From contig LSRY02000034.1 in assembly GCA_001643675.2 (NCBI GenBank), positions 124,001 to 188,000 on the forward strand: a stretch of DNA of 64,000 nucleotides, read 5' to 3'. Positions 46,657-60,019 of the stretch are shown one piece after another; position 1 is the first letter of the stretch; the number at the start of each line of letters is the position of its first letter. This DNA comes from Monocercomonoides exilis PA203 (Eukaryota; Protista; Preaxostyla). The translations under genes and the position numbers were made by a program. Below the pieces are notes generated by a model. That model ran no database searches, had not been told where the DNA came from, and saw only the letters and a program-made list of their open reading frames with translations.

Positions 46657-49600
46657 ATGGCAAGCATTTTGTTAAACGCTCTGTCAATAATAATTCTGGA
46701 ATGGAAATTGCTGTGTGATGATCATTCCGAATTTGCTGATCAAGGCTTTCGAGAGATTGCTGGAGAAAGAGATGAACAATTTGTTTTATCTGAAACATAT
46801 CCAGAGACATTTTATGGACCGCACAATAAATTTGAAAACAGACATTCAGCAAATTCTGACATCAATTTTATTGGAACGAAGATTGAAAATATGGAAGAAG
46901 TGGAAATGAGGAAAGATGAATTTGCACGTGTTGAAATTGATTTATGAAAGAAAGAGAAGAGTGGGAAGCCGTTAACGCAGAACAATTGCCATATTTTATA
47001 TGGCGATAAGAACAAAAATGCTTTCTTTTCAGAAAGTTTTGTTGAAGGAAGTGCGAATTTGAGGAATTCGTCAGTGAAGTGGAGGAGGCTGAGAATGATG
47101 TATGACAAAGAAAAATGTCTTGTCTGCGCAAACGATCAGAGCACCATGGAAATTGAAGATTGCAAAATGTTGGTGGGACATGGGGCATGCCCACTGTCTT
47201 TGCGAGGAAGTTGTGGGGTGTTGACGAATATTTGACTCGGATCGTCTTCGGCCTCTTTTCCGTTCCTGCTGCCTCCGTTGTTTGCTTCAACACCTCCTGA
47301 AAGTGATGTTCATTGCTTCAGTCAAGCTTCCGTGCGTTCTTCATTTTTCTCTTCATTTTCAATCACATCACCTCCATTTCTTTCATCGCCTTTTGTTGAG
47401 AGCGTTTGTCTTTCTGGTTTGATTTTTTCCAACGTATCATCAATAATTTCTGGAAAGGCGGATCCTCCGGTTGCTTGTTGCGGGCACACCACTTTTGTTG
47501 AAAGTTGCTTGTTTTCGTCAGTTTGTGATGCATATGATGGCGGAATTGTGTCCTCTCTCAACAATCCCTTGGCATCTTTGACTGCCTCAAACACCTCGTT
47601 TATCGGATGCAGCAGAACCGGAAATGTTGAGTTTATTGGAACTGCAGATGATAAGAAACAGCCGGGGAGGCAAAATGAAACAGAAAATGGGATAAATACA
47701 TTCAGTTGGTGTGAGTGGAATGGATCGAAGACAACAGGAACAGATAGCACGTGGGGAGATATAGCATCAAATGGAGGAGCCATTTGCATGTCCAACATGG
47801 GAAATGGAGTTCTTTCACTTTCTCATTGTTCGTTCAATGACTGCACAGCATATCAAAGCGGTGGCGGAATATTCTGCGCAAAAATAAAGTCAGTTGAAGC
47901 CATAAACAATTCTTTCAATTCATGCTTTTGTCAAAACTCTAGTGGAGGAGGATTTTATGTGGATATGACTTCGTCATTTGCAAGGATCAATTGTTGTGAA
48001 TTCCAGAAATGCAAAGGAAGCGGAGCTGGAGGAGGGCTTTATCTTTATGAATTTAACACCTTCGGATCAGGCTGCATAGGAACAGAAATTGGAAGTGGAG
48101 ATTGTGTTTGCGTACATGATTGTTCATTTTCTTCTTGCTCAATTTCTGGAGATTCAGGTGGAGGGATGTATTGTGCTCACACTCCGTTGGAATTTAAAAT
48201 GAAAAACCTTCAGTTTATTTCATGTTCTGCTGCTTCAAATGGTGGAGGATTATATCTTTATCCATGTCAAGAAATAGCACCAAGTGATGGTTTTTACGTT
48301 TATTTTTTAGTCTTTCACAATTGCTTGTGCAATGAATTCCAAATGGGTAATGATGTTTCATTTATTGATTTTTACCAATTTTACAACAGTTTGGGAAACC
48401 CGTTTTATGAAGCATATGCCACGAATACCAATGAATACAGAGTGTTCTATTCAGATTTTCATTATAACGAGAAATACACAGAAAATAAGAACTGGCTGAA
48501 GGATGGAATGAAAGATCGATTTGTTGGAGAAGAAGGAGATGATTCAGAAGAATGGTGTGGAACGAGCGAATTAGCGGCATGTTCGACAGTTGGGCAAGCT
48601 GTGGCAAAGAGCTTGATTTTGCTCAGCTCAACAATCACGGTGCTTGGTGGGAGTTATGGGAGTGAGAGAGAAACAATCAGTGTTGGTGAGAAGAAGATCA
48701 TTGTTGTGGGAAAAGGAAGGGAGACAACTTCAATTGGGACAGGAGCTCTTTCACCATCTTCGACAACACTGTTCAGCGTGTCGAGTGGGAAACTGGATGT
48801 GCAGCATGTGAAACTTGATCACAACGCAACAGCCAGTTCTTCGCTGAGTGTGTTTGTTGTATCAGAAGGAAGTGGGTCACTTTCGCTGGAGGATGTGTTG
48901 ATCTCGTCAAGTGTTGCTGGGGGTGATTCGACATTGGATTCGGTGTTTGATGTTATTCGACTCTCGCAGCTGACGATGTGCGATGTCGAAGCTATCGATT
49001 TGGAATTATCGCAATCACTGTTTTCAGAACAGCCATCAAATGGATTGGTATCTGGAGAGAGTGTGCTGGGGAATGTGACAATTGGGAATGTGAATCGGAC
49101 AACAGGAGATGGAGTGGTGGTGGCAAAGAAGGTGAAGGAAGGAGAAACATTTGTGGTGAGGAACACAACAATCGTTGGCTGTGAGTGCAAAAGTGGGAGT
49201 GGTGGAGGGATGAAAGTTGAGTTGGAGGGAACAGCAAGCAAGGCTCGCATTGGAACTTCAGCATTGCCCAGCGGAGTGACAACAAGGTTTGATCGATGCA
49301 AGTGCAGCGCACATGGAGGAGGGGTGATGGTGTGGCGGGGGGAAGGAGCAGCAGATTTTGTGATGGAATCAGTGAGTTTTGTGGATTGCTGTGCGGGGAT
49401 GGGAGGAGGAAATGTGTTTGTGTCGGGATGGGATCTGAGCAAGATTGCGAATAAAGAGCACTTCAAGTGGGAAATGGGTGCTGAGGAGTTGGAATCATTT
49501 GATGAGTTGTGCGGGTGGGAGAGGAAAACAACAGGAGAGGGATACGTGATTCCGCTGGTTGTGTATTTGTGGAGGAACTGGAGTGGGAAGGGGTTTGTTG

Positions 49601-52600
49601 ATGGAGAAGGAGGAGGAGACTTCAGCGGATGTGGGTTTTCTGTTGTGCCATGTTCTTCAGTTGACCATGTGGTTTCGCTGAGATATTCGCCACTTGAGAC
49701 AGAAGAATCAGCGATTATGATCAAGGGTGATTCTTCCATCAATCACCCAATCTCGCTATTGGCTTTGTCTTCAGCAGCACTTCCAAGACCGAAAATTGTG
49801 ATTGAAGGAGAAGAAAGAGGAAGAATTGTGAGGGTGAGTGAAGGAGATGCAGGAGGAGATGAAAGAGCAATGATTGCATCGGATGTGAGGCTGACAATTG
49901 CAGATGTGTCGTTTCATATTCCAGGTGAGTTGGGGAGGCATGTGTCGCTTGTTGAGTCATTGTCGCCGAGCGGATGTCTGTCAGTTGCACGCTGTTCATT
50001 TGTTTGTGGAAGTCCACCAGTTGAAACCAAATATTGTGTGATGGAAGTTGAGGCAGGAAATGTGACGATTGAGGATTGTTCACTGGATCAGTTCAGTCTG
50101 ATGGGAGGGTTCTTGAGATTTGCTTCAGGGGTTGAAGTTGTTGAAGTGGTGGACATGTCGATTTCGAACACAAATGCATCTGGCTGCAGCTTGATATCAT
50201 TGAGTCCGTCGTCACGCACAAGCAGAGTGGCGAATGATGAGAATCAAAACTCGAAGACGATGCTGAGGATAAATGGCTCTTCATTCACAAACATAACATG
50301 TGGAGACAACAGATCAGCTGTGGCGAGTATGGATTCATTTGCAGTTGGGATTGTGTGTGTGATGGAAGGGTGTGCGCTGACAAAGTGCATGAGTGAGAGG
50401 AGCGAAGAAGGGGGAGGTGTGAAAGTGCAGCTGAAGAGTGGGGAGTCGGAGCTGAGGGTGAGGGAATGCTCGTTTGGGATGTGTGTGTGCTCGGCAGGGA
50501 ATGGGAGAGGAGGAGGGATGCTGATTGATGGGATAGATCCGAATGCTCAGTCTGGTGGGGCTTCAGCATTGCCGCTTTTGGCCAGGATGGAAAGGATCCG
50601 ATTCATGATGAATGAAGCACATGTGGGGAAGGATATGTTTATCAGATGCGATTCAATTGATTTGCAGATCAACGAAAAACTGTTTTCGATGGATTTCAGC
50701 CAGGAAGCGCTGAAGTCGAACAACTCGATTTGCGGGAGCGATGTGGCAGGGATGGAGGATGCTGATCTGATTCCGTGGATCATATATTATTCAGCTCCTC
50801 AGGTATTTGTATCGTCTGGTGGGAGAGATGGCAGGCAGTGTGGAGCACAGGATGCGCCATGTGAGAGCATCGACAACGGGATAACACACATTGAGAAGGG
50901 GGTTGGAAATGCAATGTGGATTGATGGAGAAGGGATGGTTGGGGGCGAGTGTGTGGTTGGAGAAGCGAGGATCGCATCAAAGAAGAAAGCAAAGGCGAGG
51001 GTCTTGGTGAGCAAAAAGATTGAGGTGAGAGGAGAGGAGGAGAGTGTTGTGGTGTTTGTGGAAGGGTGTGTTGTGGAGAAGTGCATGTTTGTGTTTGGGG
51101 TGCTGTTTGAATCGACACACAAGTGGATAATGAAGGAGAAGAATGGATCGCTTGTGATGAGGGAATGCTCGTTCGAGTGCTGGGGAATGGGGAATGTGGT
51201 GAACAGCTCGGTTGTGGGAGTGGAGGGAGGAGAGCTTGAGATGAGCAAATGCTCGATTGCACACATGAGTGTTTCTCGAGCAGTTCTTTCGTTCTGCTGT
51301 GCATCGAGCGTTGTAGTGTCGGAAACAGAAGTAAATGATATTGAATCGAGGAGCGATGTGATTGAAGTTGGGAACGAAGCGAGTGTGAGCGTGAAAGAGA
51401 TGAAGATGGAAAACATCACAACAACACGAGGAGGAGGAAGCACGATGAAGTTGGTGGATGGAAAAGAGATGGTAACACTGTCGAACTGTTCTTTTGGGGA
51501 ATGTTCATCTGGGAAGGAGAAAGGAGGGATGGTGAGTGTTGTGGGGTGTGTGGGTGTGAGAATGGAAATGTGTGAGCTTGATGGGAAACAAGAAGAATCA
51601 GAACGAAGAGGAGGAAGAGGAAGAAGAGGAGGAGGAGAAGGAGAGAGTGTGAAATGGAACAAAGAAAGAAAGAGCTTCAATGTGTTGAAGGAGGAGATAT
51701 GTAGATGGAATGGGTCGATGGTTGATTTGGAGAGGAGCACAGTGGAATTGAGAGAAACAACCATGAGAAATAGCAAGAAGGGAGGATTGTCTGTGAGTGA
51801 AGGAAGCATGAAGATTGGAAAAGGAGAATTTGAGAACAACAGCCCATCTATTGAAGATTATCAATCGGTGCGGAGAAACATGTTGTGTTCTGATTCAGCT
51901 GAGGTGAATATTATGAGTCTGAAGGGAGGAGATGGAGTGTTGCCAAATTCATCGATGTGGATTCTGAATGATGGATGCACGCTGAAGGGGATTGTTGAGG
52001 AGCGAGCATCACCATTGTTCATCCCAGTGCTGGAGGATGTTTCTGTGAATGAAAATGGAAGAAATGCCATGATAAAATTCAAGGGCTCTCTTTTTGTGCC
52101 ATGTGACTTATCTTTCAGAGTTGTGTATGAAACAGGGGATGTGGAGGTGATTGAGACATATCCTTTTGAGGAAGACAGTTTTGTATCAGAAACGGAAGTT
52201 GGTGGGATGATTCCATCAGAAAATATTTCAACGATTGCAGACGAAACGGAGGTGTCTGTGATGATATTGTATGGAAAGCAATTGGCTGCAACTTCTTCTC
52301 AGATACTGAAGAACAGAACAGAACCAAAGACAGGAATTGATAAAGTGGTTGAAGGAGGAAAGGAAGGAAAATTCTCATGGATATTGATTGTTTGCATTGT
52401 AGCTGTTGTAGTGCTATTAATTGTGTCGATAATATTCATTGTTCGATGGAAGAAGGTGAAGAATGAAGCAGAAGACTTGAGAGAGATTGTGAATGATAAC
52501 ATCAGAAAAGATCCGAAGGCATTTGAGATGGTGACGATGGAGATGTCACCAGAAGAGCAGTGGAGGAGAGCAGAGAGGGAGGCTGAGAAGAAGAATGATG

Positions 52601-53688
52601 AGAGGATAAAGAAAAGGGTGTATGAGAAAAGCTTGGGACACTCAGAATCTTCAGAGCATCTTCTCTCTGAGAGTGGATCAACAGAATACATTTTGGGAAG
52701 AGATTCAGACAAGATTCCTGATTGGGCATTGGAAAAATTTGATGAGGAAGAAGATGATATATCGAGAAAGCGAACACCATCACCTTCCATTTCATCCACC
52801 TCAACCACAGACACTTCAGACGCAGATTCAACATTTGTTCGGGGAGAGGATTTGTGTCCAACCACCTCATCGATGTCGAATCTGGTGGATGCAATGGCCT
52901 GCTCATCGCCACATGAGAAGCTGATCGTGGATTTGAGAGATTCGCTGTTCATGCTTCTTCATGGGAAAAATGAGAAGAAAGAGATGGCAATCGGAACTCT
53001 CCAGGAGAGGGAGGTGACGGCTGCTCAGATCCTGTTCTGGGTGGCCAATCTTGCACTCCACTCGTTTGATGAAATGAACAATCCACTTCAGTCACTGACA
53101 AATCTGAGTCCGCACATTGTGTTGTTCTCAGAACATATGGTCATCTGCATTGCCCTCCACTCTGACTGCTCTTCTTCAGATTCTGATTCATCCTCCATCT
53201 CTTCATCAACTGTTGTCACATCAACAAGTGATGATGATGACAGAGACTCTCTGCCCTCATCGGCATTTGAGGATGAGGAAGACAACAGGAAGGAGTGCAT
53301 GAGGTGGAAGGCGCCAGAGCTGCTGAATGGAACAACGAAGCATGCGACAAAGAAGACGGTTGTGTTTTCTGTTGGGATGATGGTGTGGGAGTGTGTGACG
53401 CTGGATGTTCCGATTGGGGAGTACGAGGCAGATGTGGCAGGGCAGAAGATTGTGAATGGAGAGAGGCCAGATCTGTCTGAAGTTGAAGGGACAACATACA
53501 GCCGCCTGGTGAGATCTGCAGTGGCGCAGAACAAAGACGACCGCCCGTCGCTGTTTGGGATGAAGCGCGAGTTTTTCCAACACTTCACATCTGGTGCCAC
53601 GATGGTGACTGTGTCAGATGCAATCGATTGCACTGAAGACACAAAAATTGTCTGTGCCTCGCTCATCACGGGCACTCAGTGGAGCTGA
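46657..53688 (+). CDS. Giant single-pass surface receptor-like protein (Cys/Gly-rich putative beta-helical repeats, TM, TKL-like pseudokinase); 5' part interrupted by two in-frame TGA
   Basis: The 2136-aa ORF from 47278 continues upstream in the same frame to ATG 46657 (hydrophobic MASILLNALSIIIL), with only TGA 46945 and TGA 47233 intervening. GGAI/GGG repeats; TM WILIVCIVAVVVLLIVSIIFIV; kinase-like SLFMLLH, LTNLSPHIVLF, RWKAPELL, VFSVGMMVWEC, GERPDL. Confidence 0.85.
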
Positions 53689-55533
53689 TTTGTTCTTTGA
53701 GCAGTGATCATTGTTCGTGCTGCTTTCATAAAAAACCAATTGATAGAGCTTCGCCACATTATCATTTTATTATTGGACATTGCATTAGGAAAGATGAATT
53801 GAATGCTTTTTGGCAATTCTTATTTTGAGGGAGGAGCAGATAAATGAGGGAGTGAATATTGAATATGGGGTGTTTGAATGTTTGATCCAGAATTATTTTT
53901 CAGTTTTCCGCTTCTGCATGAAGGGCGAGGATTCGGATCAATCTAACTTTTTCCTTTATTTCCTTTATTTCCTTTATTTTGTTTATTTTTAATTTTTGTT
54001 TGATATGCATTATTTATATTTATTTGTGTGTATGTTTATTAAAAATAAAAGGCTATTTGCAGATTTGAAAAAAGAAGAATATGTATTCGAATGTGATATG
54101 TATTTCTTATTTATTTCTCAGTTGACCTTTTCTATTTATTTTGACAGTTGTGTTATGATGAAAGAAAATAAGTGTGAAGACTTTATGTGAACAAGGTTTT
54201 TGTTATTTTTAACCATTGTCATGATTATTTGGATATTCATTAATGTTATGTATTTTGTTAATATTTTTGTTATTCATGTGCTTTCTAAATATATTTATTT
54301 ATTTCATGTTCTTTTTTCATTGGATAATTGAGTCAGTTGTTTACTGGAATTATTTGTTCCGCTTCTGCACAGAATGTTTCAATGTTTGGAACTTTTTCAG
54401 AGATTATTGGTTGATATCATTTCTTTAATGCAACTTATTTAATAATTATATTTTCTAAACTTTTTCCTGATTTATTTCGATTTATTCGCATTTTCAAATA
54501 ACATTTAAAAAATAAATAAATGGGACGAAATATTTGAAACTTCAAGCTTTTTCATTGAAAAATTATGCACTTTTGATTTGCTTTTTGTGAACAAAAAATT
54601 TCAACAAAATGGGTTCATTTTTTGAAATTCGTGTGATATAATAATACATAATGTTATGATATAATTGAAACCTGTTCGTTTATACGAAAATACTATTTAT
54701 TTTGAAATCAGAGAAAGGAAAGAAATGAAATGTTAAACATTTCTTTCATGGTTTTTGGAAAAAAACAAACAAACAAACAAATAATAATAATAATAATAAT
54801 AATAATTAAAAACTCTTGAAAGTGCGAATTCTTTGTGGACAAGCAAATTAAATTGGAATATTGTTGTTTCAAGAGTGTAAATTAATCAACTTTTTTTAAT
54901 AATTCGAGATTTTTTGAAAACGTGTTCAGTGTAGCTTTGTTATAATCACCTCGGTGATCATCAAGACTGTGAATAATCACACCATTATCAAAAAAAAAAC
55001 AGAAGGTATTTGTTTGCCTGTTACGTAATTTTTTCAATATGAATGAATATCTTTTCATCTATAATAGAAACAATTCTGTAAATTGATACATAATACGAAG
55101 AAAAATCGATTTTTAATAGTGGATCTAAATAAACATTGAAAATTTTCTTAATTCATTGGTAAACAATTATTTCAAAAAAATATTTCAATAAAAAAGAAGT
55201 TTCAGTTTTAATTTTGTTCGGTTTTAATCACAAAAATGTGCAAAATGGATAACGATCCTAACTGAACTGCACTATTTTTAAAAGACAACCACTTTATTGT
55301 AACAAGGTTAAAAATTTGCATTTTTATTCTGTGTCATATTGATTAAAACTTTCTAATTTTGTTCTTTTGGTTGTTTTTGTAACATAAAAAATATATATGG
55401 GTAAATCTTTATGAAAAGTTGCAAAAGTTTAATTTTTTAATAAATAAAAAAATCAGATGGGTGATTATTTTTGAAATCATATTTTTTCATACAAAAATTT
55501 CGGTGCAAAAATATTTCTTGAATATCAATATAT

Positions 55534-55800
55534 GGGGCAAATTTTTTCTCTTCAGGCATTTTCATAGAAAAGATATGCACTTTTCTTTGACTTTTTTACA
55601 TCAAAATGCACTATATAATAGGGTCATTTTTTTAACATTTGTGAAATGTTGGAGAACTTCATGTTTTGATTTCAACGATTCCTGTTTGCGGATCTGAAAA
55701 TCAAATTTATTTGAAATCTGAGAAAGTTAAATGAACTTATGAGCGAAGTAATTTTTCAATGACTAGTGCGAAAAAAGCTTGAAAATCCGTATTTTCCCCC
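55534..55800. mobile_element. 267-bp MITE, inverted copy of 33931-34198
   Basis: Blocks AAGCTTGAAAATCCGTATTTTCCCCC and GAAAATCAAATTTATTTGAAATCTGAGAAAG are near-exact reverse complements of 33931-34040. Flanks ATAT / ATTT. Confidence 0.85.
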
Positions 55801-56049
55801 ATTTGTCTCAATTTATTTGAAAAGTTCTTTTTGTTTAATTTTCAGGTCAATATGAAAAATGAATATTTTCTTCAAATTTTCACACTAACTCACCGATATT
55901 TATTAGTACGTGAATAATAACATTATCAAGCATTAATCCAAATGCTGTAAAATTTTGGTGTATTGGAATGAAATTTTGATAAAAAAATTCATTTTTCATT
56001 TCAACAAATAATTCAAACAAAAGGAACTTAAATAAAAAAACTCACATAT

Positions 56050-56112
56050 GGCTGATCCTTTGTAAATTCACCCTTTCGTTAAAGTTTTGATAAAAATTTT
56101 TTATCTCAATGG

Positions 56113-56146
<34 letters not shown>

Positions 56147-56268
56147 AACGTTTAACACATACATTGCATGATGATGAAAAAAAGGAAATATATTTTTAAT
56201 AAAATCCCATTGAGATAAAAATGTTGATCAAAATTCGAACGAAAGTGTGATTACAATAATTATCAGCC
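56050..56268. mobile_element. 219-bp foldback MITE with about 70-bp TIRs, ATAT TSD
   Basis: GGCTGAT...TTTATCTCAATGGGATTT (56050-56117) is inverted at 56202-56268. ATAT at 56046-56049 and 56269-56272. Confidence 0.88.
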
Positions 56269-56776
56269 ATATTATGCAAGTTTTATGAAAACATCAATAA
56301 TCAGTAATTGCTTTTTTCGAAGCATAAAAACACCTCAAATTAACTTTCTTTCAAACAATATTTGCGAATAAGTTTATTTTCTTTCAAATTACATTTCTTC
56401 GCTTATCAGAAGGCTTAGTTCCTTCTTTTAAAATACAAATTAATAAAAATAAAACCATATTGTTATAAAAAGAAAAGAAAAGAAAAACATATAAAGCTAA
56501 GTTTAATACAGATTGATAAATAATAATTATAATAAAATCAACTTTAACAATAATTAATCCAAAAATCACAAAACATGAAAAAGAAAATTAATAACCCTTC
56601 AAAATAAAAATTTCAACTGCTTCAAGAACCTGTCTGCAAAATCACAGCCATAAATCACAAAGATTTCATCAACAACAACCACCACCACCATAATAATAAT
56701 AATAATTATTATTATTATGATTATAAAACAGAAGAATATGTGCAGTTTGTTGTCTATTCATATAGCTTCATGCTGC

Positions 56777-59472
56777 TCAGACCAGCCACAAAAACGAACC
56801 TGTCCGTAGAATCTTTTCCCAAAGCACATGAACTTCGTGATTGATGGGCGGTTCATAAAAAGTATCTTGATACGTGTTCTTCTTTGCATTTTTGTCTTCT
56901 TCTTTCTTCTTCTTTGCTTCCTCTTCTGCTTTTTTCTTTTCTGCTTCCTCTGCCTCCGCTTTCTCTGTCTCTTTTCGATCCTCCTCGTCATAATACTTGT
57001 TGATCTCGTCAATTGCTGCACTCAGCTCTTCAGGACTCATCCCCTTCTGTGTTACCTCTATCAGCCTCTGATCTTTCTCTTTTTCTCGCATCTCCCTCAC
57101 TTTTGCCTTCGCGTCCTCTTTTTCCTTTCTTTCCTGTTCTTCCTGCTTTTTTCTAATTTTTTCTGCTTTTCTCTTTTCCCACTCCTCTGCCCGTATTTCC
57201 TGTATTTCTCTGCTCCTCTTACAAGGAGCTGATGTTTGCCATACATACAGTCCTTTCTTCAAATCCACCCTTCGCTTAATCCACTTCACATCCCCTTTCA
57301 CCAGATACAGCACCACACAGAACGCAATATATTCAACAAACAGCCACACCAGCATCGGAACCAGTGATAGCGCCATGTTTTTTTCCATCTTGTGTGCCCG
57401 CTCAATCAGCTCGTCTGTCACAACCACTGCCGACATGAATCGCTCTGCCCCTTCCCATGCCCCTCCGCCCGAAGTTGGCGGGTCAAACTTCCCAATCCCG
57501 TCCAAGCACAGCGCAGGAAGAAGTACTATAGCAATCCCCATCGCCGACCCAAGCACAATCCCGCAGTACTGCACACACTTACTGCACACTGTATCGAAAG
57601 CATAAACTTTCGACAGCTTCATACTGAATGCAAAAATATGGATTGTGATGATTGTCAAGAACAATGGAATGAACACAATTGTCCATGAACTCGTGAAGTT
57701 GTCTGTTTAGTTGTACATGCGCCACAAACATTACAAAAAGCACACATTCACATTCACACAAAAAGAACAAAATAAATAAATGATGAATGAATGAATAAAT
57801 GAACAAACAAATAAATCAAATAGAAACATAATTTTTGTGCGCAATAGATACAATAAGTAAATTAATAAATAAATAAAAAATGTAATGTCTTGTTTCTCAT
57901 TCAATTCACTCTCACAAACTCAATTACCCTCCTTTAACACTTTGCATACTGCACAGTTTCACAGAAAATAACACCCACGTCAAAACGATTCCAACCAGAG
58001 AAATGATAGACATTATAAAAGAGAAACAACAATTATCTGGACATTTAGGCCAGCAATCACTGTGAATCATCATATATGCTGTCGAACCATAGAAAAACAA
58101 AAAATAGAACAAAAGTTCAAATAAAATTGTTTCTGAGCTCGTCATCAATCGCCCGTCTTCTGTGAATTTTTGTGTGGCAACTTCTGTGTCCGCTGCTTCT
58201 CTGAATAGTACATCATAACCTGCGCCACTTTCCTTGATGCTCCTTTGAGGATACGGCTTCGTCACTGGACCATCAACCAAGCGATTGCGGATGTTAAACG
58301 TGTACTCATCCCCATTCACAAAAGAATCAAGACTTACTAACAAAAAGTAAAACATTATAAAAAAGCATCCTAACACCATAGCATTCATCACAAATGATAA
58401 AAAAAGATTCTTTCTTTTCACAAAACATAGAGAAAAGAAGAATAAAAACAATGTAAGCATCGCTAGTGCAACACTGAACTGACCCTTTGACCGTGATAAA
58501 CTGAACGAAAAGACAGATCTGCTGACTTTGTTCGTTACAAGAATCGATACATGCTCATCATCAGCCAGCTTATCGAAAACTGGCCCACGGATAAAATTCG
58601 TTGCGTAAAAGATGGCAAAGAAAAAGAAGAAAAGAAACAGCATCAGCGATATCCACGCCAATGTAAATAGAATTAGACGTGTCCAAGGATTTTCGATCGT
58701 GCTTTTCAGATCGTGTATATCCCTCCAGAAACTTTTTCTTTTCCCAAACAGCACTTCTGGAAAAGTCCCATACAACCGAATGGTGTCCTTCCATCCTTTC
58801 GGGCTCAGTCCAAATCGGGTCTTGTCCGCAACATCCTAAATGTAATTTAAAGCAAAATACAAATCAACAAATAAACAAAAACGAAAAGAAGCCCATCAAA
58901 AAGAGAGTCACTCGCTGTGCCTGCTCCGGTACAGCGCCAAATACACACATCTGCATTGTTTGGATCGTACGTGTCCAGATCCTGGAACTCGTTCTGGTTC
59001 ATGTAGATGTTGTCTCTCAGTCGCGGCAGCTCCTCAACCACAATTTCATGCCAAAACCTACATTCAGCCAAATCCCGTAAATTTTGATCAGAACAAAAAA
59101 AAAATTCTTCACACTCTTCTGTATCCAGCATCTCTCGGAAAAACTTCGACGTCCCCATCAGCCTCATTTTCGCTCTTGTGTCGCATTCCTTCAAAATCCT
59201 ACCAAATTTTCCAAACCTCAAAACGCAACCAAAAATCCCACACCGCTTCCAAATATCCATCGGCACTCCTGCACCACCCGCGTTCAAACACAAACCGTCC
59301 GATAACCGCAAAACAATAAAAAACAAAAATGCAAACTTTTCATGTCCACTAGACCGAAATTCTCATCTGATGAGCTGCTTGACATCGCGCCTTCGTTATT
59401 TTCAATCATGGCAACCGATTTCTGTTTCAGACTCTCCTTTCCCGTTTCATCAAAAATTTCTGAAGAATTCAT
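56777..59472 (-). CDS. F-box + multi-pass membrane protein (TMEM185-like repeats) with K/E-rich coiled-coil tail, multi-exon
   Basis: Splicing 59269-59336, 59199-59243 and 59058-59114 gives MKRVPMDIWKRILKECDTRAKMRLMGTSKFFREMLDTEEFWHEI, an F-box pattern. Later exons give many TM helices, including LFSVKLCNNFTSSWTIVFIPLFL. 3' end approximate. Confidence 0.82.
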
Positions 59473-60019
59473 CGATCTGTTGTATTGTATATTTAGTTTG
59501 ACTGAAACTTTATTCAAATTTTTAATTCAAAACTATTATATATGTTAATATTTATGAACAATTTGGAAATAATCCGGTCTATTTTTTCTTTTCGAATCCC
59601 ATTGAAATTATTGATTTGATCTTAAACTTATTAATAAAAACCCAAAAACATCGACAAATCATTGAATAATTAAAATAATATTATCAACATTCGAATTCTC
59701 CATTTTTTGGGTGAATATTTGTTATAACTTATTTTCTTTTTGGATTTGTATCTTTCTTATCATTTTCATCAATTTTATTCTTTGATAATTGAAATGAAAC
59801 ATCTGAAAGATTATTTCTTCAATTGCACTAGTGTATTCTTATTCTTTTTTAAAAAATATGTTTAATACATAATTTAAAAGATATGAATTTCTGGTTTTTC
59901 TTTGTTTCAAAGACGATTGACAAATTTAGGTTACGATCATTTACAGTTTATTTTGGTATTGAAAATCTCTTTTCATAACAAATCGATATTAACATAAAAT
60001 TATTTTGAAACGCGTCTAG

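Noticed and set aside
53689-53760. SECIS candidate (GTGAT...AAAA...TGAT) downstream of the receptor gene
   Set aside because: Helix II pairing is too short and irregular by eye. SECISearch3 would be needed to exclude it formally.
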